A stretch of 59,786 bases of DNA, counting the filler. It is 5 parts of 5 records of this genome, joined end to end, with 100 filler letters (N's around TTAATTAATTAA, not from the genome) between each part and the next. Parts side by side here need not be neighbours in the genome. Positions count along the whole stretch, not along the records: positions 54,562 to 59,786 come from SRR31156797_3819; 4 more parts are not named here. One strand, 5' to 3'. This document shows positions 58,488 to 59,786 of the stretch, piece after piece. Under the pieces are notes generated by a model. The model saw nothing but the letters and a program-made list of their open reading frames with translations. It made no database searches and was not told the DNA's origin. Position numbers and translations under genes: made by a program. The number at the start of each line of letters is the position of its first letter. Position 1 is the stretch's first letter.

Positions 58488-59786
58488 ATGACCGATACCG
58501 GTGACGGGGGGCTCTGTTTTTGCAAAGGGTGTGGGTCGTTGCTGGAAGTACAATCATTGGAGTGCAGGATCACCAAAGGAGACCTTCTGTTCAAGGAGAT
58601 CTCCTTTTCACTTGAACCGGGCGGCGCCATCATGGTCGAGGCCGGATCGGGCCGGGGCAAATCATCGTTTCTCTTCTGCCTCAAGGGCATTTACCAGCCG
58701 GACAGGCAATACTTCGGCACCCTCCTTTTCGACGGGATGCCCCTGGATGACCCGGGCAGACAGGAGATCGGGCTGGTGCTCCAGAATCCCCACTCCCAGA
58801 TGATATCCACCCTGGTCCACGAAGAACTGACCTTCGGCGCCACTCGCAGACCGGACCCAACCCAAGAAGCGCTGAAATGGGGCGTCCCCCCCGGGCCGGA
58901 ACAAAGCAAGGCGATCCATGACAAAACCATTGAGATCCTGGGCCTTTCCCCCCTGCTCCATAAACCGGTGAGAAATCTCTCATCGGGCCAGAAACACCTG
59001 GTGGCCATCGGGGCCGCCGGCATCATGAACCACCGGGTGCTGCTCATGGACGAACCCTTTCTCTACCTTGACCCGGCGAACATCGCACGGGTACTGGCCT
59101 ATATGGACTACCTCACAAGCCTTGGCACCGGGGTGGTGGTGACCTCCCATCCCGGGGTGGTGGCCCATGACCGCTTTGACCGGGTTTTGACATTGGGATC
59201 CCCCAAACCGTTTTCCCCGGCGCCTGTGCCGGAAAATGGGAAAGCGCCGGCACATGGCAGGCAAAGGGGGTCCATCACCCTGAAAGACGCCGGTTTCGCC
59301 TATGAAAACACCCCCATTGTCAGTCACCTGGACCTTGAGATCCGGCCGGGGGAGGAGCTCTGGATCCATGGAGAAAACGGGTCCGGCAAGACCACCCTGC
59401 TCAAGCTCCTGTCCGGGGAAAAGGAGCCGGATGACGGCACCGTGGTTCACCAGGGCTGGGAAAGCAACTTACGGATCGCGACCATCACCCAGAACCCGGA
59501 CCGAAGTTTTTTCGAATCCTCGGTCCGGGGAGAGATGACCGCCGTCATCCGGCAAAAGAACCGGGAGATTCCCCTCACGGAGAACGAGACGCGGGAGATC
59601 CGGGCCGTGCTGGACCGGGTGGGCCTGGGCGCCAAACAGCATCTCTCCCCGTTCCGGCTCTCCTTTGGGGAAAAGGTGTTCCTCGGGGCGGCCCAGGCCT
59701 GGATGCTCACCCCCGATTTTATCTTTGTGGACGATATCCTGGGGTTCCTCGATCCCCGGGAGCGGGTGCTGCTGCTGGATTTTTTG
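58488..59786 (+). CDS. tandem-NBD ABC ATPase (ECF/CbiO-like), runs off window
   Basis: Manual translation of an unbroken frame: AGSGRGKS, LQNP, LSSGQK, LMDEP; GENGSGKT, TQNP, LSFGEK, FVDD; missing from ORF track because it has no stop. Confidence 0.88.
   Translation, partial: MTDTGDGGLCFCKGCGSLLEVQSLECRITKGDLLFKEISFSLEPGGAIMVEAGSGRGKSSFLFCLKGIYQPDRQYFGTLLFDGMPLDDPGRQEIGLVLQNPHSQMISTLVHEELTFGATRRPDPTQEALKWGVPPGPEQSKAIHDKTIEILGLSPLLHKPVRNLSSGQKHLVAIGAAGIMNHRVLLMDEPFLYLDPANIARVLAYMDYLTSLGTGVVVTSHPGVVAHDRFDRVLTLGSPKPFSPAPVPENGKAPAHGRQRGSITLKDAGFAYENTPIVSHLDLEIRPGEELWIHGENGSGKTTLLKLLSGEKEPDDGTVVHQGWESNLRIATITQNPDRSFFESSVRGEMTAVIRQKNREIPLTENETREIRAVLDRVGLGAKQHLSPFRLSFGEKVFLGAAQAWMLTPDFIFVDDILGFLDPRERVLLLDFL

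Noticed and set aside
58451-59710. Frameshifted ABC ATPase pseudogene suggested by fragmented ORF track
   Set aside because: Manual translation from ATG 58488 is open to the window end

Overview
The window is not one locus. It is five contigs joined by artificial 100-nt N-linkers with a central TTAATTAATTAA (25460-25559, 38930-39029, 48006-48105, 54462-54561). Contig 1 (1-25459, Bacteroidota-like) carries an ECF sigma/TPR pair, two T9SS cargo proteins, MFP+TolC, a four-gene mevalonate cluster, two AAA_14/DUF4143 ATPases, OYE, a GH108 lysozyme, a LytS/LytTR pair and tRNA-Thr. Contig 2 (25560-38929, AT-rich Bacteroidota) has a tRNA 3' end, an HTH-DUF6922/AbiEii toxin-antitoxin pair, a decayed tRNA and housekeeping genes (pdxK, fmt, cdd, RluA, panB). 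Contig 3 (39030-48005, GC-rich, Desulfobacterales-like) has two TonB-dependent receptors divergent from an operon of ABC metal-chelate importer, NTPase, degenerate CcsA/CcsB-like pair and DUF364. Contig 4 (48106-54461) has a c-di-GMP-I riboswitch before an FN3/TSP3 surface protein, pilS, pilC and a CBS tRNA nucleotidyltransferase. Contig 5 (54562-59786) has an aminotransferase, TrmH, RlmN-like, MerR-methyltransferase and a tandem ABC ATPase. The two best candidates for undescribed systems are (i) the uptake operon with a CcsBA-like pair that keeps the transmembrane His positions but appears to have lost the periplasmic heme-attachment site, and (ii) two unrelated 32-bp-period arrays placed identically in front of the two AAA_14/DUF4143 genes. 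All calls and taxonomic labels come from motif recognition by eye; no searches were run.
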